Part shown: one piece after another, positions 27,653 to 36,698 of the stretch
Layout of the letters: the number at the start of each line of letters is the position of its first letter
Numbering within the stretch: the stretch's first letter is position 1
Source of the DNA: Nitrospinaceae bacterium
Lineage (GTDB): Bacteria > Nitrospinota > Nitrospinia > Nitrospinales > VA-1
NCBI GenBank assembly: GCA_029261595.1
Contig: JAJDAZ010000010.1
Coordinates: 68,152-132,151 of the forward strand
Reading direction: 5' to 3'
Length of the DNA stretch: 64,000 bases
Made by a program: the position numbers and the translations under genes
The notes under the pieces: generated by a model
Database searches by the model: none
What the model was told of the DNA's origin: nothing
What the model saw: only the letters and a program-made list of their open reading frames with translations

Positions 27653-30600
27653 TCAGGAGTTTTCCTCATCCGGCTCCTCTTCGTCGTCCTCCTGGTTTTT
27701 AATTTCCTCCAGTAACCAGGGGACCATATGGTCGATACTGGGTCCACCCAGAAAGCGCACCACGGGAACGGTGATTTGTAAATCCGTTTCAATCCTGACA
27801 ATCAACTCCATTGCCATTAAGGAATCCAGCCCCAGATCGGCGAGCGGGAGATCCATCTCAAGTTTGGAGGGAGCGAGTCTCAATACCTTGGCGATCGACT
27901 CTTTAAGATGTTCGGCAAGAATCTGCGGTCGCTCATCCGGGAGTGCGGCTAAAAGTTTGGGCCGGATGAGTTCATCGCCTTCCCCATCACCTGCACTTTC
28001 ACTCTGGGCGCCATCCCCCTGCACATAGGAAAACCTGGCAGGGTTCGAGCCCGACCGGCTCAAGGAGAGGAGTTTCTTCCAGTCCACCGGAAAGACCCCG
28101 ATCTGTACCGGATTTTGATGCATCACCCGGCCAAGCATTTCCACCGCCTGCCGGGACGACAGACTCATCAGACCTTGATTCTCCATGCTTTTGATCAATC
28201 CTTGTTGCCGGGCGGCGACTCCCACACCGGATAATGGCCCCCAGTCAATCACCTGCCCGGAGAGACCCTGGGCGCGGCGATACCGGGCCAACGATTCCAG
28301 GAACGCATTGGCGGCGACGTAGTTTGCCTGACCCGGATTGCCCATCACGTTTGCCACCGAGGAAAACAGGGTGAAAAAGTCCAACTGTTTGTCCTGAGTC
28401 TGCTGGTGCAGGTTCCAGGCGCCCTGAACTTTCGGACCCATGACTCGTTTTAGCCGTTGCGGGGTCAGATGAATCAAAAGACCGTCGTCGAGCACCGCCG
28501 CCGCATGATGGATGCCCTTAAGTGGTGGCATGCTGGATTCGATCTCTCCCAACACACGGGTCACATCTTCCTGCAAAGAAACATCGCCCCGAACCACCTG
28601 CACCACCGCTCCCGTTTCTTCCATCCGGGCGATGGCAGTCTTGGCTTCTATCGATGGTGTTTCACTGCGGCCCATGAGTGCCAGATGCCGCGCTCCCTGC
28701 TGAACCATCCACTCGGCAATCGCCAGGCCAAAACCACCCAGTCCTCCGGTGATCAGATATGAAGCCTCCCGAGAAAACTTCATGGAAGCCTCTTCGTGTC
28801 GGATGATTTTCAGATCAGGTTCTTCCAGGGATAAAACCACCTTCCCCATGTGCCTGCCCTGGGCCATGGTGCGAAAGGCACTCACTGCATTGGAAATTGG
28901 GAAAATTCTATGTGGAAGTGGATGGAGTGATCCTTCTTCCATATGTCGCATGATTTCTATAAATATAGCGCGGAACTCATTATTCAGGGACTTGAAGCCT
29001 TCTTTGATTTCGACCATGGTGATGAAGGAAATTCCCTTCAAAAAGGGCCGCAAGCCAATCTTATTATTTTCATAGATATCGCGTTTGCCGATTTCCAGAA
29101 AACGGCCGAGCGGTTTCAAAATTTCAATGCTCTTGAAAATAAACTTGCCCGCCAGCGAGTTCAAAACCAGGTCAACGCCTTCACCCTGAGTTTGTTGCAT
29201 AATTTGCTCTGCGAAGGCCAGGGACCGCGAATCAAAAATATGCTCCACTCCCAGGTCGCGGAGGAAACCTCTTTTTTCGTCATTGCCCGCAGTGGCGAAA
29301 ACCTGGGCACCGGCCAATTGGGCAATCTGCACCGCCGCCATCCCCACTCCACCGGAGGCGGCATGGATCAGAACCCTTTCCCCTTTTTGCATTTTACCCG
29401 CCGAGTGCAGCATGTACCAGGCGGTTAAAAAAGTCACCGGAATGGTGGCCGCATCGGAAAATCCGATCTTGGGAGGTTTGTGAACCGTGGCAAACGTCGG
29501 TGCCAACGTATAAGAACCGAAGCACCCTCCCCCTGCAAGGGCCGCCACTTCGTCGCCCACCTTAAAATCCGTCACGCCTTCGCCCACGGCACTCACCACG
29601 CCCGCGCACTCCAATCCCAGAGTCTCCCAGGTGTTATCGACACCTTCCAACTCTCCCGGAAGCAAGCCCATGCCAATCATCACATCGCGAAAATTAAGAC
29701 CCGCCGCAAATACCCTGATTTCCAACTCCCCCGGACCGGGCTTCGAACGACTCACAGATCTGAGCTGGAAATTTTCCAGGATTCCGGGAGCGCCTATATC
29801 CATCACAAACGCGGGAGGTTCCTCATTATTCTCCTGAATCAAACTATCGACACAGGTTTCTTCGGGTTCAGGGCGATGCAGACGATAGACAAATCTCCGA
29901 TCCTGACGATAGGCAACTTCTTCTTCCGCATCTTCCTGCCATAATTCTTCGAACAGGGCGCGGGCCGGAGGGTCCCCTGACTCAGGATCAAGGTCCACCA
30001 GCTTGCACTTGAAATTGGAATGCTCGGACTGGATCACCCGGCCAATTCCCCAGGCAGGTGCCTGGGCCACGGAAATATTTTTTTCCTGGGAGCGCACCGA
30101 CTGCCCCCCCTGGGTGATGATAAAAAGCCGAGGTGTTTTGGACCACTTGGCATTGGCCAGTTCGTTGACGAGATGAATCGCGCTCATACCGCCTACCGCT
30201 TCCGCCTGCTGGAGAGAGTCGGGAGATAAATCTCCTGTTTCCGGCAAGTCCAGATTCCATAAGTGAACAATGCCGCGCAAGGCCGGTGTTTTCTTGCGCA
30301 CAAAATGGATCAGGTCTCCCATATCTTCCAGGGACTCGGGACGAATCTGGATCGGGCCGTCTTCATCTGCTTTAAATATTTTCCCTGGAGTCACCAGAAA
30401 AGGATTTTCGCCAAAGTTTTTTAATGATTCGGCCAGGGCCTGTCCTGTGCCTTTGCCGTCACTGAATATTATCCAACTGCCCTTTTTACCGGGTTTGGGT
30501 GTTTTAATTTCTTCTGAGGAATCCTCAACGTAGACTTTTGGACCTCTTGCGACAAAAAACGTTTGCAAGGAATGGGAACGCTCTTTGGAACCTGCCCATT

Positions 30601-33600
30601 TCGACACGTTTTCAAAGCCTGCGCCCTGCAACTCTCTCGAAACATCACTGCCGTCTATCAATGGGAGGGCCGGCACTTTTTCCGCTCCGGTATCGACTTC
30701 ACAAGACCCGAGGATCAACCTCAACCAGTTTGAAGTTGAGGTCCAGTCCAACTCCAGCAGGAGACCCCGGGATGCAAGCAACTCCAAAAGATTCCGCGCA
30801 ACTTTTTGAGGTTCTTCTGTCCCAAAGTTTAAATGCGACCCGAGGATCAAATCAAAAGAATGAGGAATAAACTCCTGCGTGGCTGGAGAAACGTTTAGAT
30901 CCAGCGTTTGAAACTCGACGAATGAAAATTCGCGCAGTTTTTGCGTGGCTTTTTCAAGCCCTGCCTCGGAAGATTCCGTATGAATGTATTCCACCCGGTC
31001 CTCGGGGCAGTGGCGAAGAAAGGCAGGGGCCATCGCTCTCCCGGTCACGCCCCCTATTCCCAGCACCCTTAACTTTCTGCCTTCCGGCAAATGACCGAGC
31101 AGTGAAGAAACCACTTTTTGCGCCAGCGAATTATAAATCTGCGAACTCAATGCGCTCTGCTGGAGTCGATCAAAAATCGCATCCTGTTCCAGAAAATTTG
31201 CTTGCAGTCCTTCGCTTTCGCCTTTAAGGATGCCCGCAAGGTTTTCCCCCGCAATCCGTAATAAATTGAGTTCGCCTAAAAATGCAGGAAATTCGCCGAT
31301 CAGCGATTTCCATAGGGTCTGCGGATTATCAATTTTTGCGGGAAGGGAACCCATCTGCCACTCGGAACCTTCCTTCTTTAAAATTCCTTCGTTTTTAAAA
31401 ATACAAAAACAACTCTCCAGATACGCGGAGTGTTTGGGGACCAATTGGAACTGCTCGATAAAAGACGCGGTGGAAAACCCGGTCAGCGAATCAAACTCAG
31501 GAGCGAGATTTTTTAAAGCACTCAGCACATAAGCCGCACCCAGGCGATTGAATCGGGGCTCGATGGAATTATAAAAATCGGCCAAATGGAGGGCCTCGGT
31601 CAAACCCTCCATCTCCTTTTTCAGGGAGGATACGATTTGATCGGGTGTTGGGAGAAAGGCGGCAGAACGGCATTGCCTTTCACCTACCTCTTCAACACAA
31701 GGTTCCCAACGCCACTGATACAGCCAGTCATCCGGGTTCAGCAGGTCCCGCCCCCGGGATGGATTCAAGGCTCGAAAATGAAGCCCCTGGCACTCGACCC
31801 AGACTTTCCCCGAGTCATCGAACATCTTGATGTCCACCACCGCCTGACTGCTGTCAAATTTCACCGCCTGCACGTGGACCCAAAGAGGACTTTCGGGCGA
31901 GCCATGAAATCGAACCCGGTCCGCCGAGATCGGTAGGAAAAGTTTTTTTGTGAGCGCATCCACGTCCAAAGCCAATAACGCGGAAACCTGAAACGCCGCA
32001 TCCAGAATGGCGGGATGGATCTGATACCGCTTCGCATTTAGCCCAAGTGCTTTGGGACTTTTAAGCAATGCCAAAGCCTCTCCATCTCCGCGCCAGGATT
32101 TGTCGATCCCCTGAAACGCAGGACCATAGTCCAATCCCATTTTTCGGAAGGTTTCATACAGTTTATCCGACAACACTTCATTTACGCATCGGCTCTTAAT
32201 GTTTTCCAGATCGATTGTTTCGGGATCACCCTGGTTAAATGGATCGCCCAGTGTTCCACTGGCATGCAAGGTCCAGGTCTGATTGGTCCGGTCGGAAAGA
32301 CTGTGGATTTTGAAGGACGCATCGATGGGGTCGTGGGTCATCTGGGTTTTTAGACCCCGGTTTTTTGGAACGACCAACGCATTATGAAACTCGATCGATT
32401 CCAGAACACATGAAACGTCTTTGTTGACCTGTTTGGCCATGGCCAGAGCCGACTCGACAAACCCTGCGCCTGGGAAAATGAGGATTCCCTTGACCGCATG
32501 ATCGCCAAGATAGGTCAACTCGCGCTTGTCGATTCGGGTTTGCCAGTGGCAGGATGAAGATTCCATCGCCCATCCAAGCAAAGGATGTACATCGGGGGCC
32601 AACGGGTCGAACCCTTTCTCTTCTCTCTCATGCCAATGGCGCTCCCTTTGCCAGGGATAGTACGGCAATGAAACGCAATGCCCACCATGCGGAAAAATCG
32701 GATTCCAATCAATCGATCGCCCCAGGCTGTAAAGGTTTCCCAGCGAATTCACCATCACTTTGCGGTCGTCCTCTTTGTGGTTTAAAGAAGGCAGAACCGT
32801 TCCCTCGCGTTTTAAATGGGAAAGGCATTCGGAGATATTGGCTCCCAAAACGGGGTGCGGGCTCAATTCCAAAAACGTGGTGTACCCATCGTTGACCAGT
32901 TCTTCAGTCGCTTTATAAAAGCGGACGGGGTTCCTGACATTGCCCCACCAGTAATCGGCATCCAATTGATCTCCGCCCTCTAGTTTTCCGCTTACGGTGG
33001 AATAAAAGGGAATTGAACTTGACTGGCACTGCAGGCCATTCAAGGACTCCACCAACCCCTGACGGATGGAATCCATTTGATGACTATGAAAGGCGTAATT
33101 GACTTTCAGGTAGCGACAGAAAACTTCCTGTTGCTGAAGGGGTTCGATCATTTTTTCCAGAGCTTCGGGATCTCCTGAAACGGTGACGGATTTGGGACTG
33201 TTCACCGCCGCCAGGGAGATTTCATTTTCCCGGCCCTTGAGCGCTTCAGCGATTTTCCCTTCAGGATAACCGACGACCGCCATCTTCCCCTTGCCTGCCA
33301 TTTTGTGAAGCCAGCGCCCGCGATGATAAACAACCCGAACCGCCTCTTCCAGGGAATAAATCCCCGCCACATAAGCCGCCGCCGCCTCCCCGATACTGTG
33401 CCCTATGACGGCAGAAGGTTCGATGCCCCACGAGCGCCATAAATCGGCCAGAGCCACCTGAAGAGAAAAAAGTGCGGGCTGGGTAATATGAGTTTCATTG
33501 ATTTTGGATTTGTTTTCATCCGCCATCAATTCTTCCCACAAAGACCAGTCTGCATGGCGACTGAACAGTTCGTCGCAACGCTTGATCACCGCGCGAAATA

Positions 33601-35353
33601 CCGGTTCCTGTTCCAGAAGCTTTCGGCCCATTCCCCACCATTGCGGCCCCTGCCCGGAAAAAACGAAAGCGATTCTGGGGTTTTCAATTTTGACCTTTTT
33701 TTCACTTGGCTTGATTCCCGTGGCCAGACCGCTGGATTTTTTTTCACTGATTTTTTTTCCGGTGGACAAGCCGGTATGCTTTTCATTATTTAAAAAGGCC
33801 TGTAGCCCATCCATAAAATCTTGAACGGAAGTGCCCGTCACTGCAAGTCGATGATCGTGATGGCTTCTTCTGAGGGATGCGGTGTAGCAGACATCATTCA
33901 GGTCGCGTTGAATCCAGTTATCTTTTCGGGAAAAAAATTCGATATAAGATGCGGCAAAATCTTTCAGCGCATCCTGACTGCGGGCCGACAGGGGCAGGCA
34001 ATATGACTGGGAATCTTTGGAAGATGATTCCGGACTCTCAGGCTCGGTCGTGACCGGGGATTCTTTTAAAATGACGTTTGCGTTGGTGCCACCGAAGCCA
34101 AAAGAATTGACCCCTGCGAGGGCCGGTTCGGTTCTTTTGGGCCAGGGGACCCGGTTTTTGGGAACCTGCAATTGCAGTTTCTCAAAATTTATTTCAGGGT
34201 TGGGTTGATTAAAATGGAGATTGGGCGGGATTTCCTTATGCTTCAGAGAAAGGGCCGCTTTCATCAAACCGGCGATTCCCGAGGCCGACTCCAAATGACC
34301 GATATTGGTTTTCACGGAACCTATGAAACAGTTGTCCTCTGCAGGACGGTCCTCGGCCAGAACCGCTCCCAAGGCATTGGCTTCAATGGGGTCGCCAATC
34401 GGTGTGCCGGTGCCGTGAGCTTCCATGTACTGAATCTGGTGGGCTGAAATCCCGGCATTTTTACAACCTTCTAAAAACAGCGCTTTCTGCGATTCCCCGT
34501 TTGGAACCGGCATGGCCAGAGTTTGACCGTCTTGATTGGAGGTCGTCGAAAGAATGAGCGCATAGATCGGATCGTTGTCTTCAATCGCTTTTTTTACCGG
34601 CTTTAATAGTGCGATTCCGGCCCCTTCTCCCCGAACATAGCCTTTTCCCGCCGCATCGAAAGACCGGCACCGGCCATCGGGAGACAGCATCCCCCCTTTG
34701 CCAAGGGTGATGGTGACTTCCGGGGTCAACATGGCATTGACGCCTCCGGCCACCGCCATGCTGGATTCGCCATTCCAGATACTCTGGCAGGCCTGATGAG
34801 CCGCCACCAGCGCCGAGGAGCAGGCCGTATCCACCACAAAACTTGGCCCCTTAAAATCAAAGAAATAAGAAATGCGATTGGCCGCTACACTCTGTGCCAC
34901 CCCGGTTCCGGTATGGCCATCGACGCAATGCAGGTCGAGTCTGATGAGATCCCTGTAGTCCGATCCGGAAATACCAAGGAAGACCCCGACCGGCGTCCCG
35001 GCAAGACGGTCTGCTGTCTGGCCGCCGTCTTCTAAAGCTTGCCACACGCATTCCAGGAGGATGCGTTGCTGGGGGTCCATTTGATTGGCTTCCCTGGGGG
35101 AAATGCCAAAAAAACGGGCGTCGAACATTTCGATAGAATCGATGAACCCACCCCACCGGGAAACGGTTTTTCCTGGAGCTTTGGGATTGGGACTGTAATA
35201 GGTTTCTGCATTCCATCGGTCCGGCGGAACTTCTATAATGGCGTCTTTCCCCTGACGCAACAGGTCCCAGTATTCCTGTGGGCTATTGGCGCCACCGGGA
35301 AACCGGCAGCCCAATCCAACAATGGCTATGGGTTCATTTCGGAGGGCACTCAT
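27653..35353 (-). CDS. FAS-like fully reducing type I polyketide synthase, KS-AT-DH-(MT-like)-psiKR-ER-KR-ACP, no TE/R/C release domain
   Basis: 2566 aa. KS aa 6-430 (nt 34064-35338): DTACSS C178, EAHGTGT, NIGHLE. AT aa 560-860 (nt 32774-33676): GHSIGE S653, YAFHS. DH aa 920-1195 (nt 31769-32596): H952 in LGDHAVKGILIFP. MT-like aa 1240-1600 (nt 30554-31636): VLGIGGVTG, FDLILGSHLNFGT. ER aa 1870-2178 (nt 28820-29746): LIHAASGGVGMAA. KR aa 2195-2375 (nt 28229-28771): ITGGLGGFG, Y2345. ACP aa 2465-2545 (nt 27719-27961): LGLDSL S2511. Acidic C-terminal tail. Confidence 0.95.
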   Translation of the reverse strand: MSALRNEPIAIVGLGCRFPGGANSPQEYWDLLRQGKDAIIEVPPDRWNAETYYSPNPKAPGKTVSRWGGFIDSIEMFDARFFGISPREANQMDPQQRILLECVWQALEDGGQTADRLAGTPVGVFLGISGSDYRDLIRLDLHCVDGHTGTGVAQSVAANRISYFFDFKGPSFVVDTACSSALVAAHQACQSIWNGESSMAVAGGVNAMLTPEVTITLGKGGMLSPDGRCRSFDAAGKGYVRGEGAGIALLKPVKKAIEDNDPIYALILSTTSNQDGQTLAMPVPNGESQKALFLEGCKNAGISAHQIQYMEAHGTGTPIGDPIEANALGAVLAEDRPAEDNCFIGSVKTNIGHLESASGIAGLMKAALSLKHKEIPPNLHFNQPNPEINFEKLQLQVPKNRVPWPKRTEPALAGVNSFGFGGTNANVILKESPVTTEPESPESSSKDSQSYCLPLSARSQDALKDFAASYIEFFSRKDNWIQRDLNDVCYTASLRRSHHDHRLAVTGTSVQDFMDGLQAFLNNEKHTGLSTGKKISEKKSSGLATGIKPSEKKVKIENPRIAFVFSGQGPQWWGMGRKLLEQEPVFRAVIKRCDELFSRHADWSLWEELMADENKSKINETHITQPALFSLQVALADLWRSWGIEPSAVIGHSIGEAAAAYVAGIYSLEEAVRVVYHRGRWLHKMAGKGKMAVVGYPEGKIAEALKGRENEISLAAVNSPKSVTVSGDPEALEKMIEPLQQQEVFCRYLKVNYAFHSHQMDSIRQGLVESLNGLQCQSSSIPFYSTVSGKLEGGDQLDADYWWGNVRNPVRFYKATEELVNDGYTTFLELSPHPVLGANISECLSHLKREGTVLPSLNHKEDDRKVMVNSLGNLYSLGRSIDWNPIFPHGGHCVSLPYYPWQRERHWHEREEKGFDPLAPDVHPLLGWAMESSSCHWQTRIDKRELTYLGDHAVKGILIFPGAGFVESALAMAKQVNKDVSCVLESIEFHNALVVPKNRGLKTQMTHDPIDASFKIHSLSDRTNQTWTLHASGTLGDPFNQGDPETIDLENIKSRCVNEVLSDKLYETFRKMGLDYGPAFQGIDKSWRGDGEALALLKSPKALGLNAKRYQIHPAILDAAFQVSALLALDVDALTKKLFLPISADRVRFHGSPESPLWVHVQAVKFDSSQAVVDIKMFDDSGKVWVECQGLHFRALNPSRGRDLLNPDDWLYQWRWEPCVEEVGERQCRSAAFLPTPDQIVSSLKKEMEGLTEALHLADFYNSIEPRFNRLGAAYVLSALKNLAPEFDSLTGFSTASFIEQFQLVPKHSAYLESCFCIFKNEGILKKEGSEWQMGSLPAKIDNPQTLWKSLIGEFPAFLGELNLLRIAGENLAGILKGESEGLQANFLEQDAIFDRLQQSALSSQIYNSLAQKVVSSLLGHLPEGRKLRVLGIGGVTGRAMAPAFLRHCPEDRVEYIHTESSEAGLEKATQKLREFSFVEFQTLDLNVSPATQEFIPHSFDLILGSHLNFGTEEPQKVARNLLELLASRGLLLELDWTSTSNWLRLILGSCEVDTGAEKVPALPLIDGSDVSRELQGAGFENVSKWAGSKERSHSLQTFFVARGPKVYVEDSSEEIKTPKPGKKGSWIIFSDGKGTGQALAESLKNFGENPFLVTPGKIFKADEDGPIQIRPESLEDMGDLIHFVRKKTPALRGIVHLWNLDLPETGDLSPDSLQQAEAVGGMSAIHLVNELANAKWSKTPRLFIITQGGQSVRSQEKNISVAQAPAWGIGRVIQSEHSNFKCKLVDLDPESGDPPARALFEELWQEDAEEEVAYRQDRRFVYRLHRPEPEETCVDSLIQENNEEPPAFVMDIGAPGILENFQLRSVSRSKPGPGELEIRVFAAGLNFRDVMIGMGLLPGELEGVDNTWETLGLECAGVVSAVGEGVTDFKVGDEVAALAGGGCFGSYTLAPTFATVHKPPKIGFSDAATIPVTFLTAWYMLHSAGKMQKGERVLIHAASGGVGMAAVQIAQLAGAQVFATAGNDEKRGFLRDLGVEHIFDSRSLAFAEQIMQQTQGEGVDLVLNSLAGKFIFKSIEILKPLGRFLEIGKRDIYENNKIGLRPFLKGISFITMVEIKEGFKSLNNEFRAIFIEIMRHMEEGSLHPLPHRIFPISNAVSAFRTMAQGRHMGKVVLSLEEPDLKIIRHEEASMKFSREASYLITGGLGGFGLAIAEWMVQQGARHLALMGRSETPSIEAKTAIARMEETGAVVQVVRGDVSLQEDVTRVLGEIESSMPPLKGIHHAAAVLDDGLLIHLTPQRLKRVMGPKVQGAWNLHQQTQDKQLDFFTLFSSVANVMGNPGQANYVAANAFLESLARYRRAQGLSGQVIDWGPLSGVGVAARQQGLIKSMENQGLMSLSSRQAVEMLGRVMHQNPVQIGVFPVDWKKLLSLSRSGSNPARFSYVQGDGAQSESAGDGEGDELIRPKLLAALPDERPQILAEHLKESIAKVLRLAPSKLEMDLPLADLGLDSLMAMELIVRIETDLQITVPVVRFLGGPSIDHMVPWLLEEIKNQEDDEEEPDEENS

Positions 35354-35497
35354 TTAATTTGTTGGGCTATTGCTTTTATTGGCTTCTTGAGAGAAAGTTC
35401 TACCCTAAGACCTTATTATAGTCGCGGTTGAGGGGGCTATTCTAAATTGTCGCACATTGGGAAGCAAATAATATATTGTTCGCCGCTACCGCACTGT

Positions 35498-35514
35498 ATG
35501 GATTAAAAATCCAT
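35498..35514. promoter_or_regulatory. 17-bp palindrome in the PKS/GNAT divergent promoter region (candidate operator)
   Basis: ATGGATT-AAA-AATCCAT, i.e. perfect 7-bp arms. It lies 41 nt upstream of the GNAT ATG (35555) and 145 nt upstream of the PKS ATG (35353). Confidence 0.3.
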
Positions 35515-35554
35515 TATTTTCAATCGTTTTGATATTTTCTCAGGACCCGTCTTC

Positions 35555-36691
35555 ATGCTGATCGTAAAACAGGTTAACGGCAATAAAAAGGGGATGGCTG
35601 ATTTCCTTAAACTCCCCTATTCGCTTTACAAGAATGACAAAAACTGGTGCCCGCAACTAAGGTATGAAAGAAAAATATTCTTCAGCGACAAAAATCCCTT
35701 CATGAAACACAGCGAGGTCGGTTTTTTCGTCGCTTACCAGGATAATCAACCGGTCGGGCGGGTCACCGCGCATCGAGACGATGTTTACGATGATTTCTAT
35801 AAAATCCGGCAAGGGTTTTTTGGTTTCTATGAAGCGATTGAAAAAGACGAGGTTGCCGGGAAGCTGATGCACTCCTGTGAAGAGTGGATTAAAAGCCGGG
35901 GAATGGCTTCGTTAATCGGGCCCTGCAATTTTACCACCAACCACGAGGTGGGATTATTGACCCAGGGTTTTAACAACCCTCCCGTAATCATGATGCCCTA
36001 TACCAAACCCTATTATCCGGATCAGCTATATAAATTGGGTTACCAAAAAGAAAAGGAGCTCCTTGCTTTCTGGGTCGATAGAAACACCGAGGTGCCAGAA
36101 CTATTTACCGTCATGGCCAAGCGGGTGGCGCGGGAACTCGACGGGAATTTTGAAATCAGAACGATTGATATTGGGAAACTGAAATCGGAATTGAAAATTA
36201 TTTTAGATATCTACAACGAGGCGTGGAACAAAAACTGGGGATTCGTTCCCATGACGGAAGAAGAAATCGATGTCATGGCCCAGCAGCTCAAACATTTCGC
36301 CTTCCCGGATTTTATTTATATTTTGTATAAAGATGATGAACCTACCGCGTTTTTGCTCGCCCTTCCAGATATCAACAATGCGTTGATCCAGATCAAATCG
36401 GGGAAACTTTTTCCCACCGGAATTTTCAAGCTTCTTGCCCCGCAAAAATATTTCAAGACCGGAAGAGTCCTCCTGATGGGGGTGAAAAGCGCATTCCGGA
36501 ATCAGGGGCTCGATTTTCTGCTTTACCATCGCATGATGGAGGACATCATCACGAAAGCCCCGAAACAAATTCAGGGCATGGAGCTTTCCTGGATTCTTGA
36601 AGATAATCTCGTGATAATCAATATTCTAAAAACTTTGAATGCGGAACTCTATAAGCGCTATGTCATTTTGAAAAAAACCCTCGACCCGTGA
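35555..36691 (+). CDS. tandem-GNAT-fold (NMT/FemX-like) acyltransferase family protein, function unknown
   Basis: 378 aa. 'GPCNFTTNHEVGLLTQGFNNPPVIMMPYTKPYYPDQLYKLGY' and the C-terminal 'ELSWILEDN' match a widespread uncharacterised ~380-aa GNAT family as I recall it. Confidence 0.6.
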   Translation: MLIVKQVNGNKKGMADFLKLPYSLYKNDKNWCPQLRYERKIFFSDKNPFMKHSEVGFFVAYQDNQPVGRVTAHRDDVYDDFYKIRQGFFGFYEAIEKDEVAGKLMHSCEEWIKSRGMASLIGPCNFTTNHEVGLLTQGFNNPPVIMMPYTKPYYPDQLYKLGYQKEKELLAFWVDRNTEVPELFTVMAKRVARELDGNFEIRTIDIGKLKSELKIILDIYNEAWNKNWGFVPMTEEEIDVMAQQLKHFAFPDFIYILYKDDEPTAFLLALPDINNALIQIKSGKLFPTGIFKLLAPQKYFKTGRVLLMGVKSAFRNQGLDFLLYHRMMEDIITKAPKQIQGMELSWILEDNLVIINILKTLNAELYKRYVILKKTLDP

Positions 36692-36698
36692 CGAGTGT

